A program made the position numbers and the translations under genes. 64,000 nt of DNA. Origin: Clostridiales bacterium (GTDB taxonomy: Bacteria; Bacillota; Clostridia; Saccharofermentanales; Saccharofermentanaceae). The notes beneath the pieces are model-generated. The model was given only the letters and a program-made list of their open reading frames with translations, did not search any database and was not told the DNA's origin. Shown here piece after piece: positions 42,078 through 52,281 of the stretch. The DNA lies in NCBI GenBank assembly GCA_017513085.1, contig JAFWDK010000015.1, positions 142,951 through 206,950 of the forward strand, given 5' to 3'. The number at the start of each line of letters is the position of its first letter. The stretch's first letter is position 1.

Positions 42078-42623
42078 TCAGAGAAGGGCGATCGCACCGA
42101 TTACAAAAACGATGAGAAGTGCGATCAGAACGATAATACCGATGATCGTGAAAGTCTGTGCATTGTGTGTTTCGTAGGCGGCAGGGAAGAGACGCTTCGT
42201 CAACAGTTTGTACTTATCCCACTGGTCGGAAAACCAGACTGCGATCTTGCGCAGTGTAACGATGACGCGCGTCCCGAATTTCATATCTTTCGTATAAGTC
42301 AGCTGTTCATCGGAAAAGTGGAAATAGTCTTTCACTTCTTTCTCTGTCAGGATCGATGCGTTATCGGGAGCCATAGGGCGCTCGTCCGATTTGGAAAAAT
42401 CGTCATCGATGGAGAAAAAAGCAGATCGCTCATCGACTAAAGTCTCTTTCTTCTTAGGAGCAGCAACGGAACTCTTCATTTTCCAGGCAGGTGCAGATGC
42501 GGAAGAAACGTGATGCAATTCTTCCACCCAAGGGTTGGATTCTGTGGCTTTAGGTACCCGAATGGACTGTGATTGCTCGAGATCCTCTTCCAATACTCTT
42601 TCCCTGTTTGCCGTCCGCCGCAT
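42078..42623 (-). CDS. Hypothetical protein with C-terminal TM anchor
   Basis: AAGGAG RBS; hydrophilic body ending in IIGIIVLIALLIVFVIGAIALL. Confidence 0.65.
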   Translation of the reverse strand: MRRTANRERVLEEDLEQSQSIRVPKATESNPWVEELHHVSSASAPAWKMKSSVAAPKKKETLVDERSAFFSIDDDFSKSDERPMAPDNASILTEKEVKDYFHFSDEQLTYTKDMKFGTRVIVTLRKIAVWFSDQWDKYKLLTKRLFPAAYETHNAQTFTIIGIIVLIALLIVFVIGAIALL

Positions 42624-42809
42624 AGTGTGCTCCTTTAACGTCTTTTCTATTCCCTCAATATATAGTGACAGTATATCACGAATTAGAGAAATATACAGCC
42701 AACTGTGAAGAATTGCACGAAATCTTAAAGAGTTTTTTGATGTGTTTGTGCAAATTGCCTTATACTTGAGTTATAATACTATGGAATATCGTTTGTGGGG
42801 GAATAATGA

Positions 42810-43940
42810 ATGAATCTGGTTTTCTTTGATCTTGGAGTTTTTCTCTATTGGTCGGAAGAATCTATTGTCAGTAAGAGTCTTGCTTCCAAGGGTGGCGTGA
42901 TCGTCTCAAATAAGGAAGATTTACGGGCTCTTAAGGATAAGCATGCCGTTTTGGATCCGGAAATCATTGATATGCTGAAAGCGTTGAAGAGTTCCGGTTT
43001 CAGCCTGTGTGTTTGTGACAATCTCCCCCAGACACAGATCAAAGAGTGCTTGAATAAACTTGAGATCATAGATTATTTCGATGCTTTTGTCAGTGCCCGG
43101 ACTGAAGATACGATGGCTAAGGCCTTGAACAAAAAACGTGCGACGGGTGATTTTGCCGTTTATGTCGGTTCGGAAGAAAAGATCATCCGTGCGGCATCTA
43201 AAGTTCGGATCCCATCCATTGCTTACGGACAAGAGTGGGCAAGCGTCTGCCCGCTGGCTTTTTCTTCGGCACTGAGCCCTATGGAGATCGAGGAGCAGGT
43301 CCGGATAACTTTCCTGATCTTCAATATCGTGGAAAAGACGATCGACAAAAAATCACGCGTGCTTGGTATCGATGGCATCACGTTTGCCGGGAAGAAAGTA
43401 CTGGCCGATAAGATTTCCCATTATATGGATTTTGTCGGACAGGAAAACATAATCGTCGATCTGGAAGATTACCATCGGGCCGTGGAGGAGAGCTACAAAG
43501 GAGAAGATCCGGTCGAAGCTTATTATTTTAACGGATATAATAACGAGAAGCTGATCGATGAGGTCCTTCATCCATACAGGAAGCAGGGAAAGATCGACAA
43601 GACGGTATATTGTCTTGATATTTCCAATGATTCTTTTGTGAATGAACGGCACTATACGCTTTCCGAAGATGGTGTCATGATCCTACTGGGAACCATGATG
43701 TACAGAGAACCTTTGATGCGTTATTTTGATACGACGGTATATATCCGTGTGGATTATCGGGAAGCCGAGCATCGGGTATCTCTGGTCGATGCGCCGATTT
43801 ACGGAGACGATCCGTTGGAAGAATATAAGGAGAAGACTATTCCGGCGCAGAAAATGTATGTTGCCAGACATAACCCATTTGAGAATAAGGATTTCATTAT
43901 CGATAATACGAACTATCACAGACCGTTTTTTATCGTTTGA
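42810..43940 (+). CDS. HAD-like + uridine-kinase-like P-loop fusion protein
   Basis: N-terminal VFFDLG / IIDYFD / VYVG HAD-fold pattern; C-terminal LGIDGITFAGK, DLEDYH, FIIDNTNY. Confidence 0.6.
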   Translation: MNLVFFDLGVFLYWSEESIVSKSLASKGGVIVSNKEDLRALKDKHAVLDPEIIDMLKALKSSGFSLCVCDNLPQTQIKECLNKLEIIDYFDAFVSARTEDTMAKALNKKRATGDFAVYVGSEEKIIRAASKVRIPSIAYGQEWASVCPLAFSSALSPMEIEEQVRITFLIFNIVEKTIDKKSRVLGIDGITFAGKKVLADKISHYMDFVGQENIIVDLEDYHRAVEESYKGEDPVEAYYFNGYNNEKLIDEVLHPYRKQGKIDKTVYCLDISNDSFVNERHYTLSEDGVMILLGTMMYREPLMRYFDTTVYIRVDYREAEHRVSLVDAPIYGDDPLEEYKEKTIPAQKMYVARHNPFENKDFIIDNTNYHRPFFIV

Positions 43941-44037
43941 TGCTTCCTTTCTGGGAAAAGAAGAATTAGAATATTATTTGGAAGAGTAAGGGACAAAAGA
44001 AATAATAAGATTACTGAAATAAAGGGGTTGTCGTGTC

Positions 44038-45249
44038 ATGCAAAGAGTTTTGATCATCGGATGCGGTAAAGTTGCAAGAGCTGCTATACCGTTGCTTTCC
44101 AAGAACTCGGTCTATTTCCGAGAGATTTGCCTTTCCGGTCGTTCAAAGGAAAAGTGTGACGTATATAAGACAAAATATTCCAATGACAAGCAGAAGATCA
44201 TGACTGCATTTGTCGATGTCCGCAATAAAGAAAAGACCCGTCTGATGGCGAATATTTATCATCCTGATCTGGTCATTAATCTGGCACCTTCTTATCTGAA
44301 TACAACTGTCATGGAGCTTTGCCTGGATATTGGAGCCAATTATATTGATGCATCTTTATATACTCCGAAGGGTGAAACCATATGTGATATCGATGAGGAG
44401 TACTCTTTTGACCAGAGATTCCAGGAGAAAGGTCTGACTGCCGTGATCGGCTGCGGTTTTAATCCCGGAGTGATCAATGCTTTTGCCCAGTATTCTGCTA
44501 TCAAACTTCTCGACAACATAGATTCTGTCGATGTTATCGATATGAATGCCGGCGAGAACGCCAACCCGTATCTGATGAATACGTCCATGATGACCAGTCT
44601 GCATCAGATTTCATCAGATTGCCGCATGTGGTCATCCGGGGAACTGGTCAGTGTTCCGCCGACAAGTGTCAAAGCCGCCTTTGATTTCCCGGAGATCGGC
44701 AAGAAAAACTTGTATATGGTCGACCACGAAGTGATCGACGCGCTTAGCGGAGAGCTTCCTGAGGCACAGTCCATCCGTTTCTTCTCTGCTTTTAAAGAGC
44801 CTTTCCTTTCTATGGTCAAAGTACTTGACGATCTGGGAATGACTTCTACGAAGCCGGTGGATATCGATGGTCAGCAGATCGCGCCACTGGATTTCCTTTA
44901 TGAAGTTATGCCACAGCAGGAAGACCTTGCTGCCACTGCTACAGGAAAGAATGGTATCGGCGTGCTTGTAAGAGGAAGCAAGGACGGCCAGGAAAAGAAA
45001 TACCTGATTTATAGCATGGTGGATCACAAAGAATGTTTTGAAAAGTATGGCGCTTCCTCAACAGACTTCATGGCGGCCGCTCCGCTTGTTGCCGGAGCAG
45101 GTCTGATTGCGCTTGGGATCTGGAAGCGGCCGGGTGTACATATGATATCTGAATTTGATCCGCTTCCGTTTTTTAAAGAGATCCAGAAGCAGGGCATGGA
45201 TTATAAGGTAACTGAAGCCACATCAGACTTAGAAATCCTGACCGAATAA
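44038..45249 (+). CDS. Saccharopine dehydrogenase family (carboxy(nor)spermidine dehydrogenase-like)
   Basis: VLIIGCG, EICLSGR..EKC, DLVINLA, GCGFNPG, W..PGV...EFDP.PF. Confidence 0.8.
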   Translation: MQRVLIIGCGKVARAAIPLLSKNSVYFREICLSGRSKEKCDVYKTKYSNDKQKIMTAFVDVRNKEKTRLMANIYHPDLVINLAPSYLNTTVMELCLDIGANYIDASLYTPKGETICDIDEEYSFDQRFQEKGLTAVIGCGFNPGVINAFAQYSAIKLLDNIDSVDVIDMNAGENANPYLMNTSMMTSLHQISSDCRMWSSGELVSVPPTSVKAAFDFPEIGKKNLYMVDHEVIDALSGELPEAQSIRFFSAFKEPFLSMVKVLDDLGMTSTKPVDIDGQQIAPLDFLYEVMPQQEDLAATATGKNGIGVLVRGSKDGQEKKYLIYSMVDHKECFEKYGASSTDFMAAAPLVAGAGLIALGIWKRPGVHMISEFDPLPFFKEIQKQGMDYKVTEATSDLEILTE

Positions 45250-45422
45250 GAAAGCAAAAGTACCATTAATGGTACAGTGACAAGTCCATAATCTAACCAT
45301 CGAAGTTACATGTGACGATGAATTGCGAGTTTTAGCGATTGCATATGAACAGGAAATGGGAGGAATTGGACGATGTGGTTATCAATAGTTATGATCGTAG
45401 GTTTAGTAGGTTTTTCTTATCT

Positions 45423-47138
45423 TTATTTAGATTCGATCTTCTGCGATTTCATGGATGATTTTTTCGGTGATGACTTGGAAAAAAAGTATATAGCAAGAAA
45501 CAGGAAAGATACGGCTGAAAGAATACCTCCGATGAAGAACCCCGGAGCCTGATAGTGGAAAAAGACCTGATAATTTCCGGCAGATACCGGCACACAGATG
45601 AAAGCATTTTCGTATGAAGAAATGTCAGATCGTATACCGTTCAGATATACGGTCCAGCCCTTTTCGTAAGGGATATTGGTTAGTATCAGGGAATCGGAAG
45701 CGGCGAGTACAACAGCGGAGAGACCGTCTTGGGAAAGTTCTTGTTCCAAGACACCGAAATTGGCGCTTTCCGTATATCTGTTCCAATCGAAGGAATTGAG
45801 GTATCCGAAGCGCACATTCACTTCCTTTAAATCGGAAGGGTGATCGGACTTTAGATCAAGAGTCAGGAGCTGTCCGGCATTAAATGTACCAAGCCGGATC
45901 AGAACGGTTCCGCTATTGAAATATATGGAATCGATAGGGTTATCATTCAGAAACACGTCAACCCGATGAGAACGATTTGGAAGTGTAATGGCAGCATATA
46001 ACGGATCAGAAAAGAGTGTCGATACTGTGAAGCGGACAGACCCGGCACTGGTAAATTCAGGCGTGGTCGATGCAGTAGTAGAAGTTTGGAAAGGAACACT
46101 AGGAAGATAAGGCCATAGTGAATATATCCATTCATTCAATAAAGCAAAGTGATCAGTATAAGGTGTTTCTGTAGAAAAGTTTGCTGCATTGTGGCCGGTA
46201 AGCACCATTGAACCGCCATGTCCGTAAAGTAAGTCGGTAATTGGAGATTCGATGGTCATATCAGTCTTGTGGGAAGATGTGTCAGAACCGATCTTCTGCA
46301 GGAAAGAAGATGTGCGATCCTGTTTTTCCATCAGAGAAGGAATCTGCATAAAAGCAGGGATAGTTATAAACCCGCATACACTGACGGAAAGGAGGATATG
46401 TGCCATGAGGCGCAGTAGAGTTTGTGATAAGTTATTATCTTTTCTCCTTGTGATGAGGTATAGAGAAGCGCAGATCAGAGCAGGTAGCAAGATCAGAGCC
46501 AAGATAATGTTGGATACCAGATACAGGCAGAGTGACAGAAGCAAGGAAATAGAAATGAAAGGGCAGCGCGGCTCGCGGAAAGCTTTTTGAACAAGAAAAA
46601 GCGATAGAGGAAGCATAGCATAAACACCGCTGACAGGAAAATGAAGAATATAAGAAATGGAGAAGACGGCTATGGTATACAGAAGAGAGAAGAAGAGATG
46701 ACGGAGCAGGGTATTTTTTTGAAGAAACAAGGACAGCAGTTTTGAAAAGAAGAAAGCGGAGAGTCCTAGACGTAGTGCACTTAGGACAAGAATAGCCTGC
46801 GGAAAGACCGATTCCGGAAGTAAACTGAAGGGGATCGTAAGCAGACCACCGAATCCGCGCAATGCTATGCGTGGAAGATTGGTGCCCAGGCCGAATTGAA
46901 ACGAATAGTTACTGAAATCGGCGTGAAACAGTTTATAGCGGAAAACAGACAGAGCGGCGATCTCTTCTGAGGCGAAGCAAGTTTTTGTATTCAGAAACAC
47001 TGACGTGAGCTGGAAAAAACAAAACCACAGAATGAAGAAAAGAGAAGCAGACAGAAGAGGAAAACTCCGTTCTGATGCAAACAGGTCCCGTAAAACAGTC
47101 CGGGTGTGCTTGGGTTGTGGCGATTGTTTTTCCGACAT
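45423..47138 (-). CDS. YfhO-family membrane protein (GT-C-like)
   Basis: Multi-TM N-terminus, FGLGTN, C-terminal TNIPYEKGW...YQAPGFFIG. Confidence 0.75.
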   Translation of the reverse strand: MSEKQSPQPKHTRTVLRDLFASERSFPLLSASLFFILWFCFFQLTSVFLNTKTCFASEEIAALSVFRYKLFHADFSNYSFQFGLGTNLPRIALRGFGGLLTIPFSLLPESVFPQAILVLSALRLGLSAFFFSKLLSLFLQKNTLLRHLFFSLLYTIAVFSISYILHFPVSGVYAMLPLSLFLVQKAFREPRCPFISISLLLSLCLYLVSNIILALILLPALICASLYLITRRKDNNLSQTLLRLMAHILLSVSVCGFITIPAFMQIPSLMEKQDRTSSFLQKIGSDTSSHKTDMTIESPITDLLYGHGGSMVLTGHNAANFSTETPYTDHFALLNEWIYSLWPYLPSVPFQTSTTASTTPEFTSAGSVRFTVSTLFSDPLYAAITLPNRSHRVDVFLNDNPIDSIYFNSGTVLIRLGTFNAGQLLTLDLKSDHPSDLKEVNVRFGYLNSFDWNRYTESANFGVLEQELSQDGLSAVVLAASDSLILTNIPYEKGWTVYLNGIRSDISSYENAFICVPVSAGNYQVFFHYQAPGFFIGGILSAVSFLFLAIYFFSKSSPKKSSMKSQKIESK

Positions 47139-47307
47139 GATCCTTCCTTATTGCAGATGGATAAGAGTGCATCTTGTCTCTATATAATAACACACAATGT
47201 TGAAATACCCGGCTAAATCTGATATATTCATCTTTAATATATTATTCGTTAGTGCACGAGGTTACTGTGGAAGGATCCGCAGAACATAGGGAAGGAAAGG
47301 AACGAAA

Positions 47308-48651
47308 GTGCCCGAAGACAGTATAGGTGCGATATTATTCGACCTAGCCATAGTATTAATGTTTATTCTGATCAACGCCTTTTTCTCGGCAGCCGAGATG
47401 GCGGTGATTTCTCTCAATGATGCCAAAGTAAAAAAACAGGCGGAAGATGGCAATAAAAAAGCCAAGAGGATCCTGAAGTTTATCGAAAATCCGGCTAAAT
47501 TCCTAGCTACTATCCAGGTCGGCGTAACGCTTGCCGGATTCTTGTCGAGTGCTTTTGCAGCAGATAAGTTTTCCGGAAGATTAACATATTTGTTGGATCC
47601 GAACGGGAAGTATTCATTTCTTGGAACAGTCTGTACGGTAGGTGTTACTATAATTCTGTCGTATTTTTCGTTGGTCCTTGGCGAACTGGTTCCGAAGCGT
47701 ATCGCACAGAACAATGCTGAGAAACTGGCTTTCCGCTCTTCTTCCATCGTCCGTGCCTTTGGTACGATCATGAAGCCTTTTGTCCGATTCCTGACACTTT
47801 CTACGAATGCAGTACTCAGACTTCTTCATATCGATCCGGAAGTGAAAGAGACGAATGTCACAGAGGAAGAGATCCGCATGATGGTCGATGTCGGTTCGGA
47901 AGAAGGTTCTATCGAGGATTCCGAAAAGCAGATGATCCAGAATATCTTTGAGTTTAACGATAAGGATGTTGTGGAGATCATGACGCACAGAAAGAAGATC
48001 GTTGCTTTGCCGATCGATGCTTCCTACGATGAGGTCATGGATGTTGCGAGAAACGAAAAATATACGCGTATTCCGATCTATAAGGAAACGATCGATGAGA
48101 TCGTCGGTATCCTGCATATTAAGGATCTTCTGGGAATCACGAAAGAGGATGGAGAGTTCTCGTTGGAGAAGATCATGCGACCGCCGCTTTTTGTTCACGA
48201 GACGAAGAAGATTTCTGACTTGTTCCACGAAATGAAGAAGGGCAAGATGCAGCTGGCAGTTATTGTTGATGAATATGGCGGAACAATGGGTATTGCTACC
48301 ATAGAGGATATGCTCGAAGAAATCGTAGGAAATATCACAGACGAATTCGATGAGGAAGAGCCGGAGCTTCTGAAGATGAATGATGGAGGTTTCCTGGTGA
48401 AGGGCGATATGACCTTAAGCGATCTGGAAGAGGCTATCGGCGTCGATCTTGTGAGCGACGATTATGATACGATAGCAGGTCTTACATTGAGTCTTCTCGA
48501 TAGAGTTCCGGATCACGGAGAAACGCCGGAAGTGCAGTATAAGAATGTCAAGATTAAGGTAGTCCAGGTCGAAGAAAACTGGATCTCCAAGTTGCTTCTC
48601 CATGTTATTCCGGAAGAGAATGAAGACGCTGAGGAAGAAGACGACGAATAA
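47308..48651 (+). CDS. CNNM/DUF21-CBS-CorC (hemolysin-family) Mg2+ transporter
   Basis: NAFFSAAEMA, GELVPK, YTRIPIY, VDEYGG, EDMLEEIVGNI.DE. Confidence 0.92.
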   Translation: MPEDSIGAILFDLAIVLMFILINAFFSAAEMAVISLNDAKVKKQAEDGNKKAKRILKFIENPAKFLATIQVGVTLAGFLSSAFAADKFSGRLTYLLDPNGKYSFLGTVCTVGVTIILSYFSLVLGELVPKRIAQNNAEKLAFRSSSIVRAFGTIMKPFVRFLTLSTNAVLRLLHIDPEVKETNVTEEEIRMMVDVGSEEGSIEDSEKQMIQNIFEFNDKDVVEIMTHRKKIVALPIDASYDEVMDVARNEKYTRIPIYKETIDEIVGILHIKDLLGITKEDGEFSLEKIMRPPLFVHETKKISDLFHEMKKGKMQLAVIVDEYGGTMGIATIEDMLEEIVGNITDEFDEEEPELLKMNDGGFLVKGDMTLSDLEEAIGVDLVSDDYDTIAGLTLSLLDRVPDHGETPEVQYKNVKIKVVQVEENWISKLLLHVIPEENEDAEEEDDE

Positions 48652-48708
48652 TACGCAGGTTTTTCCGGGAGAGCGCAAGAGTGTCTGAGTCCTGCTGATG
48701 TTTATACT

Positions 48709-49551
48709 TCAGATCAATGTGAAGTATAAAACTACGACTATACCCAGAGCGATACGATACCAGCCGAAGACTTTGTAGTCGTGCTTTTTTACGTAGTTGA
48801 GCAGTGCCCGCAGAACGAACATGGAAACGGCGAAAGCCACGAGGCAACCGACCAGAAGGACAAGAAGCTCGGTGCCGCTAAAAGAAAGTCCAAACTTCAA
48901 GAGCTTGATGAAACTTAAGCCGAACATGACCGGAACAGCCATAAAGAAGGTAAACTCTGCAGCGGCAACACGGGAGATTCCGATAGACAGGGAACCGATG
49001 ATCGTTGATCCTGAACGCGATGTACCCGGGATGAGGGAGAGACACTGAAACAGACCAATAACCAGAGCATCCTTGAAAGACAGTTCATCGACTGAATCTA
49101 CACGAGGAAGTTTTCCTTTCCGGTTTTGCTCAACGATGATCAGAAGGAGACCATATACAGCCAGCGCAGTACCGATGATATAGGGGGTCTGCAGATGCGC
49201 CTCCACATAATCGTCGAATAACAATGTTACAATTACGCCTGGAATGCAGGCGACAACGACTTTGAACCACATCATGAAGATGTTGGTCTTAATATAGCAT
49301 TTCTTGCCGGACATGCCAGGTTGTTCTGCATAACCGAATGGCCATAATCGTTTCCAGAAGGTCACGACGACGGCCATGATGGCGCCAAGCTGGATCACGA
49401 CGAAGAACATATTCTTGAATTGTTCACTCTGGGCCAGAGGAAGGATCGCATCGATCAGGAGCATATGTGCTGTACTGCTGACCGGAAGCCATTCGGTGAT
49501 GCCCTCCACTATGCCTATGATAATCAGTTTTATCCATTCAAATGCTGTCAT
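48709..49551 (-). CDS. uppP: Undecaprenyl-diphosphate phosphatase
   Basis: VEGITEWLPVSSTAH, IQLGAI, PGTSRSGSTI, AAEFTFF, FGWYRI. Confidence 0.95.
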   Translation of the reverse strand: MTAFEWIKLIIIGIVEGITEWLPVSSTAHMLLIDAILPLAQSEQFKNMFFVVIQLGAIMAVVVTFWKRLWPFGYAEQPGMSGKKCYIKTNIFMMWFKVVVACIPGVIVTLLFDDYVEAHLQTPYIIGTALAVYGLLLIIVEQNRKGKLPRVDSVDELSFKDALVIGLFQCLSLIPGTSRSGSTIIGSLSIGISRVAAAEFTFFMAVPVMFGLSFIKLLKFGLSFSGTELLVLLVGCLVAFAVSMFVLRALLNYVKKHDYKVFGWYRIALGIVVVLYFTLI

Positions 49552-49635
49552 TTTTTCGCCACCTTTGGTAATATGGACTCCAGTATATCACAACAGATTC
49601 GTTTGGACGAATGAGCCGGAAGGGGAGAGAAGCAC

Positions 49636-50484
49636 TTGAAGAACCGGATCCAGTACGCCATAACTTTTATCGTATTCTTTCTTACGGAGGTCGCCATTGC
49701 CAAGTGGGGAACAGGTTTTGTGAGAAGTTATGTCGGAGATATCCTGGTCATTCCGACGATCTATTTCTTCCTTCGCGCCGTTATTTTTGCGAAAGACGGG
49801 ATCTTCTCGGTATATGTCCTTCCGTTTCTGACCTATGCCCTTGGCTGGATCGCTGAAGTACTTCAGGCTTTTCACTTTGTGGAAAAGATGGGGATCAGCA
49901 AGGATTCGCCCATAGGTATTGCCTTGGGCGGTGTTTTCGATCTTCGTGACGGCCTTTGCTATCTTCTGGGTCTCTTTCTGATCGGCCTGTATCTGGCAGT
50001 TGAGAGCCTCTGGAGGGAGGACCGCCGCTGGTACTATCCGCTGGCCGTTTTTATTCACTGGACATGGGGCAATGCCCAGACTATGCTCGGATTCTTCATT
50101 TATCTTTGGTATCGTAAATCCCGGCACTTCTATTATCGTGGCGTTGTTCGCACAGTCTGGCCATCATCTGCCGGCCTGTCTCTGGGCATGTTTATCTTCA
50201 CTCCAAAGGAACCATCGCTTGACGACAAGAGTTTGAGCGCGCAAGCCGATCGTGAGTATTGCGAGAGGGTGGCCGTGCATGAATACGGTCATACGATCCA
50301 GGCACTACTTCTGGGTCCGCTCTATCTGCTGGTCATCGGTATACCATCTGTTTGCTGGGCAGGTCTTCCCAAATGCCAGAAGATCCGTCAGGACAAGCAT
50401 ATTCCCTACACCAGGTTTTATTGTGAAAAATGGGCATCCCGCTGGGGCGAAAAAGTCACTAAGGATAAAGCAGACTGGAATTGA
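49636..50484 (+). CDS. DUF2809-like membrane domain fused to a HExxH-containing domain
   Basis: FVRSYVGDILV, EVLQ, IALGGVFD pattern; C-terminal HEYGHTIQ and FYCEKWA. Confidence 0.6.
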   Translation: MKNRIQYAITFIVFFLTEVAIAKWGTGFVRSYVGDILVIPTIYFFLRAVIFAKDGIFSVYVLPFLTYALGWIAEVLQAFHFVEKMGISKDSPIGIALGGVFDLRDGLCYLLGLFLIGLYLAVESLWREDRRWYYPLAVFIHWTWGNAQTMLGFFIYLWYRKSRHFYYRGVVRTVWPSSAGLSLGMFIFTPKEPSLDDKSLSAQADREYCERVAVHEYGHTIQALLLGPLYLLVIGIPSVCWAGLPKCQKIRQDKHIPYTRFYCEKWASRWGEKVTKDKADWN

Positions 50485-50657
50485 TTATCTCGTTAGTAGA
50501 TAGCACGTAGATTCCTTTTTTCGAACTCCGACTATCCACGCACGGCAAAAAGTTCAAAAACACGCACAAATTTGTGCAGATTACGGATATTAAAAGGAAG
50601 TGCTTTTGGAGTATTATATCGACATAGTTAATCTGTGCAGATATAGGGAGGCGCCCC

Positions 50658-52199
50658 ATGAAGAATGAAATGATCCTTGTCCTCGATTTCGGAGGCCAGT
50701 ACAACCAGCTCATTGCCAGAAGAGTCCGTGATCTGAATGTGTACTGCGAAGTTCATCCGTACAATATGCCGATCGAAAAAATCAAGGAGATGGCGCCTAA
50801 AGGCATTATCTTTACCGGTGGTCCAAGTAATGTCACAGAAGATGATGCACCACGTTGCGACAAAGAGATATTCGAGCTCGGTATCCCTGTCCTCGGTATC
50901 TGCTACGGCGCCCAGCTTATGAACTATCTCCTCGGAGGTAAGGTGGCCACCGCTCCGGTCCGTGAATACGGCCATACCGAAGTCGATGTCAATAATGAGA
51001 CGGCACTGTTCCGCCATGTATCGAGCAAGACTGTCTGCTGGATGAGCCACACCGTTTATATCGCGGAAGCAGCTCCGGGATTCACTGTTACGGCAACCAC
51101 GAAGGCCTGCCCGGTCGCTGCTGCCCAGAATGTGGAAAAAGGACTCTACTGCGTGCAGTTCCATCCTGAAGTTTCCCATACTGTGGAAGGCAACAAGATG
51201 CTCGAGAACTTCCTGAAGCGTGTCTGCAAATGCAAGTGCGACTGGAAGATGGATTCTTTCGTCGAGACATCTATCAAAGAGATTCGTGAGAAGGTCGGTA
51301 ACGGTAAAGTTCTCTGCGCACTTTCCGGTGGCGTCGATTCCTCTGTAGCGGCAGTTCTTCTTTCTAAGGCCGTCGGTAAGCAGCTCACCTGTGTTTTCGT
51401 TGATCACGGTCTTCTCAGAAAGAACGAAGGTGACGAGGTCGAAGCAGTATTCGGTCCGGAGGGTCCTTACGACCTGAACTTCATCCGCGTCAATGCCCAG
51501 GAGCGTTTCTACAGTAAGCTCGCCGGTGTTGAAGAGCCGGAGAAGAAGAGAAAGATCATCGGTGAGGAATTCATCCGTGTATTTGAAGAAGAAGCAAAGA
51601 AGATCGGTGCGGTCGACTTCCTCGTCCAGGGCACCATCTATCCGGACGTGATTGAATCCGGCCTTGGCAAAAGCGCTGTCATCAAGTCCCACCACAATGT
51701 CGGTGGTCTTCCGGACTGTGTCGATTTCAAGGAGATCATCGAGCCACTTCGTCTCCTCTTTAAGGATGAAGTAAGAAGAGCCGGCCTGGAGCTCGGTATT
51801 CCGGAGAATCTCGTTTTCCGTCAGCCGTTCCCGGGTCCGGGTCTGGCGATCCGTATCATCGGCGAAGTGACTGCCGAGAAGGTCCGCCTCGTACAGGATG
51901 CGGATGCGATCTTCCGTCAGGAGATGGCAAAAGCAGGTCTCGACAGAAATGCAAACCAGTACTTCGCAGCTCTTACCAACATGCGCTCCGTCGGCTGCAT
52001 GGGTGATGAAAGAACTTATGACTATGCATGCGTTATCCGCGCGGTCACCACGACCGACTTCATGACAGCCGAATTTGCCGAACTCCCGTGGAGCCTCATC
52101 GGAAGAGTCTCTTCCCGAATCGTCAACGAGGTCAAAGGCATCAACCGAGTCCTCTATGACTGCACCGGGAAACCACCGGCCACGATTGAGCTTGAGTAA
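50658..52199 (+). CDS. guaA: GMP synthase (glutamine-hydrolyzing)
   Basis: [49 protein letters not shown]. Confidence 0.97.
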   Translation: MKNEMILVLDFGGQYNQLIARRVRDLNVYCEVHPYNMPIEKIKEMAPKGIIFTGGPSNVTEDDAPRCDKEIFELGIPVLGICYGAQLMNYLLGGKVATAPVREYGHTEVDVNNETALFRHVSSKTVCWMSHTVYIAEAAPGFTVTATTKACPVAAAQNVEKGLYCVQFHPEVSHTVEGNKMLENFLKRVCKCKCDWKMDSFVETSIKEIREKVGNGKVLCALSGGVDSSVAAVLLSKAVGKQLTCVFVDHGLLRKNEGDEVEAVFGPEGPYDLNFIRVNAQERFYSKLAGVEEPEKKRKIIGEEFIRVFEEEAKKIGAVDFLVQGTIYPDVIESGLGKSAVIKSHHNVGGLPDCVDFKEIIEPLRLLFKDEVRRAGLELGIPENLVFRQPFPGPGLAIRIIGEVTAEKVRLVQDADAIFRQEMAKAGLDRNANQYFAALTNMRSVGCMGDERTYDYACVIRAVTTTDFMTAEFAELPWSLIGRVSSRIVNEVKGINRVLYDCTGKPPATIELE

Positions 52200-52246
52200 T
52201 GGAAAATCCTTTGAAAGCCCCTATTTGTGGGACTTTCATTTTTCTG

Positions 52247-52266
52247 TGTTCCCAAAATGTTCCCAA
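52247..52266 (+). repeat. Tandem TGTTCCCAA repeats, putative integrase arm-binding sites of attL
   Basis: TGTTCCCAA-AA-TGTTCCCAA about 50 bp after the guaA stop, preceded by an imperfect inverted repeat 52212-52238. Confidence 0.55.
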
Positions 52267-52281
52267 GACTCATTATTTGGG

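Noticed and set aside
50628-51695. 355-aa ORF antisense to guaA (similar long antisense ORFs at 26237-27376, 31386-32438, 39092-40126, 34576-35280)
   Set aside because: Shadow ORFs opposite clearly conserved genes, explained by codon bias; no recognisable motifs
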